Positions 1 through 11,178 of a DNA stretch of 64,000 nt are shown one piece after another. The stretch is taken from the NCBI GenBank assembly GCA_030248215.1, contig JASANG010000443.1, positions 186,001 through 250,000 on the forward strand. Reading direction: 5' to 3'. The DNA comes from Enoplolaimus lenunculus (Eukaryota). The position numbers and the translations under genes are program-made. Position 1 is the first letter of the stretch; each line of letters starts with the position of its first letter. The notes beneath the pieces are model-generated. The model ran no database searches, was not told where the DNA came from, and was given only the letters and a program-made list of their open reading frames with translations.

Positions 1-454
1 TTTCAGGTCACAAGTATCAGAACTGAGGTCGGACACGAAATGTATTAACGTTTAAAAGTGAATGCGGCTGGCATTGCGTTAATATTCAAAAATAAATTAT
101 AGATATATATCTGAAACTTGCAACATGTTATATTCCAATTCAGATACGGCAAATTAGCAATGGATTGGGTCAAATCGTGGATTTGGCGCCACACAGGGTT
201 CCGGTATTTGGTATAAACCAAACGGATATCAAATATTTACGATTGTGGTCCGCACACCATAAACAACTTTTGACACGTGAACAAATTTAATATCTTGCTG
301 AGATTAACTTCCTGGACAACTAACCGAATCATTTTGTCTTTATTAAGCGTATATATTACAACATAAATGCACATGAACAAACGTGATCTAGACAGTCGTT
401 TCGAGTTCCAGTAAAACTAAAAATTTATTGTCAACGCTCAAGCTTGAAACTTAC

Positions 455-586
455 ATTGAAAGTTTCACCTACAGGTGCTTCACTCCTAGCCCATAAACCA
501 CCGTCAGGGCTTCCAACAATTGCAGCTTTTGTAATGCATTTGGCAGAATCTAGAAGGCTTTGGATGTATGCTTGCCAGCCGGACAT
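455..586 (-). CDS. pfn-1: Profilin, first coding exon (gene continues leftwards, probably beyond the window)
   Basis: The minus strand reads aaaaATG then MSGWQAYIQSLLDSAKCITKAAIVGSPDGGLWARSEAPVGETFN (44 codons), followed by a GTAAGT donor. It has the profilin N-terminal W-x-x-Y and AAIVG..DG..WA motifs and resembles nematode PFN-1 as I recall it. Orthology is unproven. No second exon was identified in 1-454. Confidence 0.88.
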
Positions 587-973
587 TTTTGATATTGATC
601 ACTTTTGTAATAACGATTGCTGTGCACTACCAAAATGATATTCTAAGCATACACGAGGCGATTACGTAACAGCGAATAAAGTAGGAATTATATACGTATT
701 CTATTACACCAAACGACTGACAAACTAAACCACAAACAAATGTATGTGTACGAGCAGTATTAGCTGATAATCATGTAAGTCAAAAGTTGACGATGGGACA
801 TGCGGATGCATAGAGACAACTAATAACCTCATACTAAAGCTTCACATCTGTAAAACGTTATGTATTTGTAGTGCCTTCATATGTAGAAGCGGTAAAAACA
901 TTGAAGAACCAAGATGCATGTGTATGTTGAAGTTCTTGTAAGGCATAAAAACAGAAAAAGTATAGGTTGATTG

Positions 974-1170
974 TGAGGCGGCGTGGCTAATTGGCTAGCG
1001 CACTGGACTGATAATCGACCGAGTTCGAAACCTCCTCGGAACGTGCCTCATTTTCAGCTGCGAACTCAACTAAAATCTCGTACCCTAACGTACCCAACTT
1101 ATCACAGAGGAAAGCTAACTTCGAGCGCAGTGTAAGCGAAAGATTATATAAAATGGACAATTTTATATTA
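974..1170 (+). mobile_element. tRNA-derived SINE-like element
   Basis: A box TGGCTAATTGG and B box GAGTTCGAAAC, bracketed by TGAGGC..GCCTCA, then TTTTCAGCTG, a unique body and an AT-rich tail. The cloverleaf is degenerate. The 3' boundary is approximate. Confidence 0.5.
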
Positions 1171-1297
1171 TCGATTCATGTTTAACATCTCGCTGATATT
1201 TTAAGGCCTGTCGGTATATGTGCACGTAAGTGTATGTAAAGCAAATGTTGCCATGCCTGTGCAGTGCACATATGCCGGTATAAGAAGTTGTTGCAAC

Positions 1298-1369
1298 GAC
1301 CGCGTAGTGTAGTGGTAGCATGCTTGGCTCGAGCGCAAGAGGGCCGAGGTTCGATTCCCGGCGTGGTCA
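1298..1369 (+). tRNA. tRNA-like gene or SINE head, anticodon CGA (Ser codon) but short variable loop; probably a pseudo-tRNA
   Basis: 72-nt cloverleaf: acceptor GACCGCG/CGTGGTC+A, D arm GTGT-AGTGGTA-GCAT, anticodon arm CTTGG-CTCGAGC-GCAAG (one G.G mismatch), T arm with TTCGATT loop (imperfect stem). A and B boxes are intact. Confidence 0.6.
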
Positions 1370-1602
1370 TTAACTTTGGCAAAACTTCAAACGGGGGTCG
1401 TGCAGACCGTATAGTACCAACATGGAGGTCCCACCGAGATGGGCACTGCAAACAGCAAGCCCATGAATTCGGGTAGTTGGATTCACGGTCCGGGACGACC
1501 GCCTGTAAAAAAGAGGGATGTCGGTATATGTGCACGTAAGTGTATGTAAAGCAAATGTTGCCATGCCTGTGCACATATGCCGGTATAAGAAGTTGTTGCA
1601 AC

Positions 1603-1674
1603 GACCGCGTAGTGTAGTGGTAGCATGCTTGGCTCGAGCGCAAGAGGGCCGAGGTTCGATTCCCGGCGTGATCA
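1603..1674 (+). tRNA. Second copy of the CGA-anticodon tRNA-like gene
   Basis: Same sequence as 1298-1369 except the 3' acceptor strand is CGTGATC, giving one mismatch in the stem. Confidence 0.55.
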
Positions 1675-1835
1675 CTAACTTTGGGCAAAACTGCAGACCG
1701 TATAGTACCACACCCATGCCTCACCCTATCCAGCAGAATTTAGAGACATCGATTCTTTGTTCATTTTCAAACATGAGCAGTGTCAGTCAAGGTAGGAACT
1801 GGGACTTCAGACCTTTCAACTAAGCAGCTGGAAAA

Positions 1836-1912
1836 GCGGGCTAGAGCGGGGATTGAACTCTCAGCGTATGGATCCTTAAGCGACCACTCTACCACTGCGC
1901 CACGTAGCCCGC
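1836..1912 (-). pseudogene. Degenerate tRNA-like sequence or SINE head
   Basis: The minus strand has A box TGGCGCAGTGG, B box GAGTTCAATCC and terminal stem GCGGGCTA/TAGCCCGC, followed by TTTTCCAGCTG. The anticodon and T stems do not pair well. Confidence 0.5.
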
Positions 1913-2279
1913 CTCTCCAACTGCATTCTTCGTCGACTATGTGTCGACCGTATGCTGCCAGCTAGCATACATACAGTGCACTGCACTATATTGCATACGC
2001 ACATAACGGGCAAGCATGTCTCACAAGCTTACAAGCAGCTTATGAAACCCAACAAGTTCCAAAAAACAACAAACATGAGCTGATTGGTGGCCATGGCCTG
2101 ATGCAGTGAGTCACGCTTATCCAAACTGTTTATCGTTCAGCACAATGCGTATTGTGAATCAGTATACCGCAACGAACAACATTGCCTAGCTAAGCAACTA
2201 TACTGCGACTTACAGTAAATGGCATTTAGGAATCCAGTCAGACGTCTGAAAAAAATTGTTTGATGAATACTAATGCCTA

Positions 2280-2995
2280 TAGCTCATAATCGTTACGTTG
2301 AATTGTAAGGTTTAGTTGAATCCATAGGCTCCTGGAGGATATCTTGTCTGTTTCTGTACCAACAATGTATAGGAAAAAAACATGGGTCAGTCGGCTGAAC
2401 GGTAAAAAGCACAGGCCACACTTGAGCGTCATTTCCAACAGAACTATAATTTTGGCACGGTTTTTACCTGCTAACTCAAAACTAAAGTTGCCAAATCCGC
2501 TTCCAAAAATTGTTTCCATAGAACAGAAGCAACGAAGCTCGAATCGACATGGACAATAACTGGGTTGAAGAACGTGTCTTTATTTGGACTTTTATTAAGT
2601 CAGAAGTTTTCAATAAATTTTCTGTCCGGTAAGGTGATGCAGCAGAAACTATACTAAAGCCGTGTCCAACCCTATTTTGGAGCGACATACTCGAATGGGA
2701 ACTGTGCTCTTGTCAAAGTGTTTGACTTTGCAGAATACCTTTGCATTCGATTATTCTGCACCGACTTTAAAGTCACGTCTCTACAATTTGGATATAGCTG
2801 TTTATCTTTATTAAAGCAATCTCAAACCCTATCTTAAACTTTCTGAAATCACAAAATTCTTAAGCTTGAGAGACATTCCAATTTCAGGTGACGCTATGAC
2901 TAAAATACAACCCAGCCAATATATTTCACTCCCGTGCAGCAAGTTTATGCAAACCAAGAGAACACAAACTGCCCGATTGTTGGATTTAAAGAACA
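2280..2995 (-). pseudogene. Decayed non-LTR retrotransposon (LINE) ORF2 C-terminal fragment
   Basis: Across frameshifts the minus strand gives, in the expected order, LNP..., LLHGSEIY (compare the LINE post-RT LLYGxE motif), HLKLE and KCGLCFLPFSRLTHVFF (compare the C-terminal CxxC...H zinc knuckle). It contains several stops and frameshifts. Confidence 0.45.
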
Positions 2996-5900
2996 GTAGC
3001 TAGCTCGGAACCTGAGTTTAAATATCACTGCTTTATACTTTTAACTTCTTGAAATTTTCGTGTGTATGACTGTGACTATGTCTAGATGCAAATTTTTTCT
3101 AAGAACGTCCAGGTTTCTGGTGGCTCCATAAAAGAGTAGGTTTTAGATTTTAGATTAAATTTTTTACTTAGGCTTATGCTTAGGCTTAGGAACACATTTT
3201 TGCGACACTTAGGCTTAGGCTTAGGCTTAGGAATACGCTTAATATACTGGTACGCCCCATAAAGTAACATTGGCCAAAAAGTCCTGTGTATGATTTGCTG
3301 TTCGGTTAGTACTTGCATTTTTGCAACGCAGCCTTTAAAAATGTTTTAAAACTTTTATTCTATTAATTATATTTTTGAGGCATGTCACGTTTTTTGAGCT
3401 TAAAAACGAAATATTTTGTTTTGTTCACAAAAATGATACAAAATTGTTATACATATATACCCGGTATACAATCGCAGAGGATTCATTTTCGCCGAAGGCA
3501 TTGCATATGCGAAAAGCTACATTTTGAGTTGACGAAAGTCGGTGTCCGTATATGTCGATTGTCAATCCTATAAACTTAATATTTTCGCAACTGAAAATTT
3601 GTTTTTAAAAGATTGCAGACAAAGTTTCTATTAAATGGTGCACCATGAATTAAAAAATGATTTATAATCAACTCAGCTCGCGAATTAAGTTATTTTTGAG
3701 TTTAAATTACAGTAAGCATCAACTCGCTCTGGAGTTGTTAATTTTCACTCTCATAGTTGAGTTGATTCCGCGTGAGTTGATCAGTTAACTCTCAGATTGA
3801 GAGTTGAATCAGCTAACAATTCTTAGTTCTGATAAATAGTCCTAACTCAGACTGAGAGTGATTCCAACTCATTTTGAGTTAAAATCAACTATAACTGGAA
3901 TTTACAGTGTGGCGCATAGAAATTGAGGTTTTGCCAGTACTTTTTCGATGTGGGATTAAACCTTTTTTCAGAACTCAGGATTCTGAATTATTTAAACTCA
4001 TTTTGAGTTAATTGGTCAACTGATCCGAAATTATATAATTCAGCTCAGAGTTAACCAATGTATATTTACTGTTATTAACTCCGAAATAACCACTCATTGG
4101 AATTTACAGTGTACCGGATATATATCAGTAACGAAAGGTAGCGTAGGGCAAGTTGAAAATAAATAACAGTTCGTAACCGAATAACAATGGGGTACCCTAT
4201 GGAGAGGCCAACTAAATATTATCAGTCCCCCTATCCGGGTCACTACAGTATATGTAATGTATAATAATTTGTCGAATTGAGCAGATATGATATTTAAATG
4301 CTATTTTGGATTACGGGTCATGGACCTGGAAAAGCGGAAAAGTGGAAAACTCAACATATCGTGCTGTAATTTCAATGAGTTTATTAATTTATTCAGCTAG
4401 CGAATTGGTTATTTCTGAATTAATATCAGTAAACATTAACTCACTGTGAGATGAGTTGATTCTCACTCTGAGTTGAGTTGTCTTTAGGTGAGTTGATTAA
4501 TTAATGAATTGAATCAACTCAAAATTTTAAGTTCTGATAGTCCTAACACAGACTGAGTGATTCAACTCATTCTGACAGTGTCTACGTAGGTCATTGCACA
4601 CACGAAAAATAATATTTCAAGATTTTTAAGAAAAAATTTCTTACATTTATAGGGAATATGATTCGGAACGTGCGTTTAGAAAATATTTATGTTCAATTGA
4701 ACATTTTTCAAAAAAGCGTTGAATTGAGTTTTAGTCACAGGAATTTACAGTGATAGGGAATGTATAGACAAGCATCAAGACTGCCGACCCATGTAAAACG
4801 TTTAGAAAAAAGTATGCTTAAGCTTCAGACTATAATATTTTTGGTTGGCTTAATAGGCCTACGCCTAGGCTTCGCCTTCGGAATATGTTCTTTCTTACGC
4901 TTAGGCTTAGGTTTAGGCTTAGGAATCGGTTCTGTCTTACGCTTAGGTTTAGGCTTAGGCTTAGGCTTATGAATATGTTTATAATACTGTACCTCCCCTG
5001 TTCTTTACGTTGGCCAGACTTACGATAGGCGCTACACTGTTTTGAGAATACAACTTGTAAACAATTTTGACGTGGCATTGCTTGAATTGTGAGCTGAAGA
5101 CAATTGCTGTAGGCTTTTTGATTGGATTATTTATTGGTTCGAATGCAGACAGCAAAATGGAATTTTTTCATTTCATACTAGAATTTAATAAAGTACTTGG
5201 TCAAATACCGTAGGTTATATTCTCAGTGCAATAGGTTTAATAAATTTTAGAGCTTTTGGTTCTCAATACATGCTTTGATATATCTGTTCTTTAGGTTGAG
5301 ACTTAATCTACTTTTACACTGTAAATTCCGATGTATTTGTTAATCAACTCATAGACAGAGTTAGGTTGTTTCTGGTTCATTTCTGAGTTAATAAGAGTAA
5401 ATATTTATTCAGTCTGAGCTGATTTAATTGTGGTTAGTTGATTGATTAACTCACAATGAGTTCAATCAATTCAGAATTATGAATTGTGTAAACCCAAATT
5501 CAGATCGCCGATCTCTGAATGGATTCAACTGATACACGAGATTCACGTTATAACCGGAGCAGGCGGGACACCGTTAGTCCCATGTTGATTCGACGTCAAC
5601 GTTAAAATGCGAGCACTCATATCGGGTGAACAGAAAAAATTCGAATGTCATATGACATTTAACAAACCACCGCTCTCAGAAGATCAATGTGTACAAGAGT
5701 TGGTATGTCACGTGATGTTGAGGGACATTTATGCGAATATCATATGATATTCCAAAATTACAACGAATATCATTTGATATTCCAAAATTACCACCAATAT
5801 CATATGATACTATGCGGGACAGTGTAATTTTTGGGTGCTAATAGATTAATGGAATGTCGGACGGCAAAGGCACAGCTGTGCGTAAAATACCAAATACACG

Positions 5901-6450
5901 TCTGCAAATTCATTTCCGGCGCAAAACCGCTTAGAAAAACATTGTCATAATTCAAAAATTCAAATTTCAAATTCTAGTATCGTATGATATGCAACAGGAC
6001 AATTTGGGTGTGTTACCTCAAGTATGCGGACATTTGAAAATATATCATATGATATATATTCGCTGACAATACGTCGAATATCATATGATACTGAAGGACA
6101 AAAGGTGACCTACACTAACTCAGAATGAGTTGAATCCACTCAGAAGTCTGAGATGTGAATTAGGTCTTTCAGAACTCAGAATTTTGAATTGATTGAACTC
6201 ATTGTATTAAAGTGTAAAGTGTTAAAGATGTTTTATTTTTCTGCCAACACAATTGAAACATGCAAATATTCGTTTTTCTTTCTGAAATTTTAAAAAAAAT
6301 AGCGGACGCATCAAAATCTTAAGATTTTAAGTAAATTTCGTAATTATGATTTCATATAGAGCAGTAGCAGTACACCTGTTATAAAAACAGTGAGATATGC
6401 AAGTGATTTATTACTAATTTTAAGCATAAACATAGCTGAATTATTCGGTA

Positions 6451-6708
6451 CACTGTAAATTCCGATGAGTTCATTAATCAATTCAGCAAGCGAGTTGGTT
6501 ATTTCTGAATTAATATCAGGAAACATTATAACTCACTCTCAGTTGACTTAATTCTAGCTCAAAGTTGTGTTGACTCTGGGTGAGTTGTTTAATTAACTCA
6601 GAATTAATCGAATCAACTCAAAATTCTGAGTTCTGATAGTCCTAACTCTGTCCGACTGAGTGATTTACGTCATGCTGAGTTAAAATCAACTCACTAAAAT
6701 TTACAGTG
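6451..6708. mobile_element. CACTG MITE family A (CMC/EnSpm-like), representative of roughly 30 full or partial copies in the window
   Basis: TIR CACTGTAAATT..AATTTACAGTG, 2-bp TSD TA, interior built of GAGTTGA/TCAACTC motifs. Other copies lie near 3.7-4.1k, 5.3k, 7.0k, 7.4k, 11.9k, 16.5k, 16.9k, 19.7k, 22.5k, 24.7k, 27.2k, 30.3k, 35.2k, 35.5k, 40.4k, 41.9k, 42.9k, 43.3k, 47.3k and 53.6k. Confidence 0.9.
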
Positions 6709-8270
6709 TATTTTTATAACCGGAAACGGTCTCTGTTTTTTACCAGAAACAGATTTCCGGTTACACTTTGAAATGTTTAAACATATTTAATAATGCGAGT
6801 GATCATATTATGTCATAGACATGCGGAAAATAGTTTTGCCGACGCTACTTTCATTTTTGATAGCTTTTAAATTGTATCCGAAGCTGACACAATGGATACC
6901 AGCTAAACATGGTTACAAAGAATCCTTAATATGCAATCACGTTCACTAGGAAATATTGCAGTCGGCAATTATTTTTGTGATGACAAGTAAGATGTTGTTT
7001 GAAATTTTAATTCTTCAAACAACACATGCGCTGCAAATTCCCATGAGTTGATTAAATCAACTCCGAGCGCGAATTAATAGCCATTTCTCGCTATTTCTGA
7101 GTCAATTACAGAAAACATCAAGTCAGTCTGAGCTGATTTCATTCTGGATGAATTCATTCGTTAACTCAGAATGAGTTCAATCAATTCACAATTCTGAGTT
7201 CTGAAAGATGTAATTTTAGAGCTAAGGTATCTGAGTGGATTCAACTCATTCGGTCTTAAAATCAACTCACTGGAATTTACAGTGTAGTCAATATCGCTCT
7301 CAGATTGGATATATTGATGAATCTTTAGATACTTGCGTGTTAAACAGTTAAAACCTAAAAGTTAATTCCTAAAAGTCTAAGCCTAATCTTCAGCGTAAAG
7401 GATACGTTCTCTTAAATACTCTGTAAATTTCAGTGAGTTGATTTTAACCCAGAATGAGTTGAATCACTAAGTCTGAGTTAGGACTATCACAACTCAGAAT
7501 TTTGAGTTGATTCAATTCATTCTGAGTTAATTAGTTATCTCACCCAGAGTCAACTCTATTCTAAGTGACAATCAACTAAACTCACAATGAGTTAATGTTT
7601 ACTGGATATCAATTAAAAAATAACCAACTCGCTAGCTAAAGTGATTAATCAACTCATTGGAATTTACAGTGTAGTTATGGGCTCGTCTAAACGACATTCA
7701 AATGAACCTTGCTGACCTAAGATCTGGCCACTCAAAGCTTTAGCTAAGGTTTACCCATTGGATGACGTCATTGTTGTTTTGAGCACTAGATTAAGCTTAT
7801 TTGTTATTAACCTGAGCTTAAAAACTAATGCGTACCCTAAGTTTATTCGTAAAAAATTTGTCTATACACCTTATTCCATTCTATCAGAAGACCTGCATTT
7901 TCGTCCATTTGTCGCTCCAAGGCGCCATTCACCATGCGGTGCCTACTAACAGGGATTTATACACGGGAAAAAATGGTGAGTCAAATTGACTCTAAAATAG
8001 GCTCTACAGGACTACGCAGGCTGAGTCCAAATCGATTCCACCGCAGTCAAATCGACAGAGCAAGTCTCATGTTTGACTCTGGCGCAGTCGAATTTAACAC
8101 AGTTTGTGTAGTCCAGAAAAGCCTATTTTGAAGAGAGTCAATTTGACTTACCATTTTTTGCAGTGCAATTGAAATTTTAAATTATGTAGTAAAATTGCTA
8201 TTTAGCTAATGACACCCTCTCCAGTCAGAAATTTCTAGATCCGTCAATTTCCCCACCGGTTCCAAATGCT

Positions 8271-8475
8271 GGCCCATATAAAGATCAGGGGCGGAACGTT
8301 TTTCTGTGGGACTAGAATAGATGAAGCTTAAAGATTAGACTATTTTTGCCTGGCTTAGGCTTCGGCTTAGCCTTATGCTTAGGAATATGCTCATTCGTAC
8401 ACTTGGGTTTAGGCTTCGGCTTAGGCTTTGGAATATGTTTATAATGCTGTTTCGCCCCTGTTCTTTACGTTGGCC
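8271..8475. mobile_element. TTAGGC-carrying MITE (GG termini, 8-bp TSD; Merlin-like), representative of about 20 copies
   Basis: TIR GGCCCATATAAAGATCAGGGGCG / CGCCCCTGTTCTTTACGTTGGCC, perfect 8-bp TSD CAAATGCT, internal degenerate (TTAGGC)n. Confidence 0.9.
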
Positions 8476-8674
8476 CAAATGCTCAGGGTTGGTGAGTTAG
8501 GTGTTTATTTCGACAAATGGCATTTACCTCCAGCTTTTGACAAAGACCGAACGTGATATTCTTTAACAAGAAAATAAATTGCATTCTGATGTATTACAAA
8601 AGTTAGCTATGTAAGTTTTCCATACAGGTGTTAAAGTGTTTTTCCAGTTTTATATATCTGTAGTTCGCTTGCGC

Positions 8675-8863
8675 GGCCCATGTACAGATCAAGGGGCGAA
8701 ACAATTTTGTTGTGGGACTGCAATAGAGTAAGCTTTAACTTTAGACTAAATTGTATTTGCTAACGCTGTTGGTTTAAGTTTACGTGTAACGTTATTCACA
8801 GTTAAGCTTAGGCTTAGGAATGTGCTTAAACTACTGTTACGTCCCTGTTCTATTGCATTGGCT
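8675..8863. mobile_element. TTAGGC-carrying MITE copy
   Basis: Same TIRs; TSD GCTTGCGC/GCTTGCGT. Confidence 0.85.
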
Positions 8864-9368
8864 GCTTGCGTTAAAGAATGACAAAAATACTAGCTTAAAC
8901 AGTCTATAGCTTAGAAAGTTTTGTGATTTGTATTTTCGCAGTGGTGCACTGAAGAATGTGAGTTGTGAGACCTGGAACAAAACAAACAAACCAAACAAAT
9001 TGGTCCTATCGCAGAATTGGCAAAGTTTCTATGACCGGGTCAATAGAACAGTAGCTATGCCTGTTATTAAGGCATACAAAACGAGGGGTCACTAGCGTCC
9101 CCTCGGAGCCCATCGCGATACGCTCGTGTATTTTGGGCTGTAGTACCTAACGGTAACTGATTGTGACACTTAAAACCAAGAAAGATTTTTAGAAAACGTT
9201 TTGTTTAGACGAAACTTAGAAATGTTGGTCGGTTTTACGATGATTTCGCGACTAAATAACGGTGTTTAAGACTTTAGTTACATTAGCATAATTAAGCTTA
9301 GCACAGGTTTTAGTACTCGCTGCAATTAAAGTTTGTCACGGCCGGATCTGTTATTGGACTCGATTCTG

Positions 9369-9580
9369 CACTGCAAAAAATGGTAAATCAAATTGACTCT
9401 GACCGAAATAGGCTTTTCGGGATTACACAAATTGAGTCAAAATTCGACTCCGCCACACTGTAAATTCTGATAAGTTGATTGATCAACTCAGATAGCGAAT
9501 TAGTCATTTTAGGTTGTATATTTCTAAGTTAACAAGCCTATTTCGGAGAGAATTAATTTGACGCACCATTTTGTGCAGTG
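9369..9580. mobile_element. CACTG MITE family B copy with an internal family A fragment
   Basis: CACTGCAAAAAATGG..CCATTTTGTGCAGTG with TSD TG/TG; CACTGTAAATT fragment at ~9456. Confidence 0.8.
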
Positions 9581-10247
9581 TGGTTACCTTCGGTTGCGAC
9601 CATTGTTTCAACTGCTTGCTGCATGTATCGCTAACGGTTTAGCAAGCTTCATATCACTATATATGTAAATATTTATACCAGAGTGCAACTGTGAGGCGAA
9701 CTTAGGTAGTAACAATGATAATTAATCAGTTAATCATTGAAACACGTTAGTGTTTACAATATATGTTTCAAGCATCGAGAATGCACGCTTTTTGAAAGTT
9801 TTGCAGAATGTTCTCTGCAGGAAAGCAGAGCTGGAATGAGGTAACTTGCGTATAGAATATCCTAATTAGCCGCTTCGACACCATACACAAATTGGACAGC
9901 TAAACGTCTCATTTAAGTTGTTATTAAAAGTTTGATTTTTGTAATTTTTTGAAAAAATTGCATTACAAGTATGTAATTACCATAGCTAGTCGATTTTATT
10001 GTGTGATGCTAATGACACCGTGCAATAGATTACGTGTCCTTGCGATGTTTGTTCTACTAAAAGTGCTAACTTAAAGACACTAATATTTTGTAATAACTTC
10101 CCATGCGTTATAGCTTTGAACAGGCTGCGCTTTGGTGGATTGCAATGGAGCAAGTGTACGCTTTAGACTTTTGTTTTGTTTAGGCTTCGGCGTACGCTAA
10201 GGAGTAGTCTTAGCATAAAACCTCACCGTATCCCATGAAAAAGAAAG

Positions 10248-11178
10248 AAACTAGGTAAAAGTGCCCCTAGAAGGGACAGATTGTGATATGTTTCGCTTGA
10301 AGCATGTAAAAAGAGTTTAAACAAGGGTTAGTTAGACCATAGATCAGTAGGTAATGCTTATAATATTAGCTTCATAACTTCTATGAAAATAGTCATCTAT
10401 ATCTTTGACGGCTGTCTTTCAGTGTTAACACGCTTGCGGTCAGTGAAACAAGAAACATATGGGCCCAACAAACTTTCATCTGTTAAGTTATAAATCGACA
10501 CTATGGGTTTTCAAGGCGTTCTAAAGTACAACTCTCAGCATGCCTTTCGTATAACAGTCAGTTGCTTTTTAAAGATATCTCAATTGGGCGCCAGCAGAAC
10601 ATGTTCTTTGAAATATTTAGCAACGTTTGAATGGTATTTTCTAGATGAATAGCTTAAATATGTCACGGCACAGAACACAATTTGGAAAAATTTCTCGACT
10701 TCACATCATCAAATTGTCATGGTAAAGATAGGTAAAATAGTCGAGCACGTATGCGTGACATTTTTTACTCGACAATCAATAGACGCAATTTGTAATCTTG
10801 CAATATTGAAATATTTACTAATCAAGTTTTAGGAACGTAAATATTTTAAAACTCAAAAAATATCCTTTTCCAATGAAGAATGCTAGATTAGATCACTTAT
10901 AAACTGAACATTGTAAAACCCAACAAACGCTAAAATTAAGCAGATAGGTGATGTCCGCTGGGCCCATATGTTTCTTGTTTCACTGACCGCAAGCGTGTTA
11001 ACACTGAAAGACAGCTGTCAAAGATATAGATGACTATTTTCATAGAAGTTATGAAGCTAATATTATAAGCATTACCTACTGATCTATGGTCTAACTAACC
11101 CTTGTTTAAACTCTTTTTACATGCTTCAAGCGAAATATATCACAATCTGTCCCTTCTAGGGGCACTTTTACCTAGTTT
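10248..11178. mobile_element. Non-autonomous DNA transposon with 220-bp near-perfect terminal inverted repeats
   Basis: 10248-10467 is the reverse complement of 10959-11178, with about 2 mismatches seen. The ~490-bp spacer has no ORF. Possible TA TSD (TA|GGTAAAAG..CTTTTACC|TA). Confidence 0.85.

Larger units (their letters stand above)
1209..1710 (+). repeat. Tandem duplication, ~305-310-bp unit, each unit containing a tRNA-like gene
   Basis: TGTCGGTATATGTGCACGTAAG... recurs at ~1209 and ~1519. The two tRNA-like cores are 305 bp apart and nearly identical. Confidence 0.9.

Noticed and set aside
974..1070. HDV-like ribozyme (GAGGC/GCCTC and GAGTTCG/CGAACTC pairings around CCTCCTCG)
   Set aside because: There is no GG for P1.1 after the P1 3' strand and no proper P3/P4/J4-2. 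A tRNA-derived head explains the sequence better.
1182..1823. Overlapping 70-180-aa ORFs
   Set aside because: They are translations of the tandem tRNA-like repeat, with no protein-family motifs.
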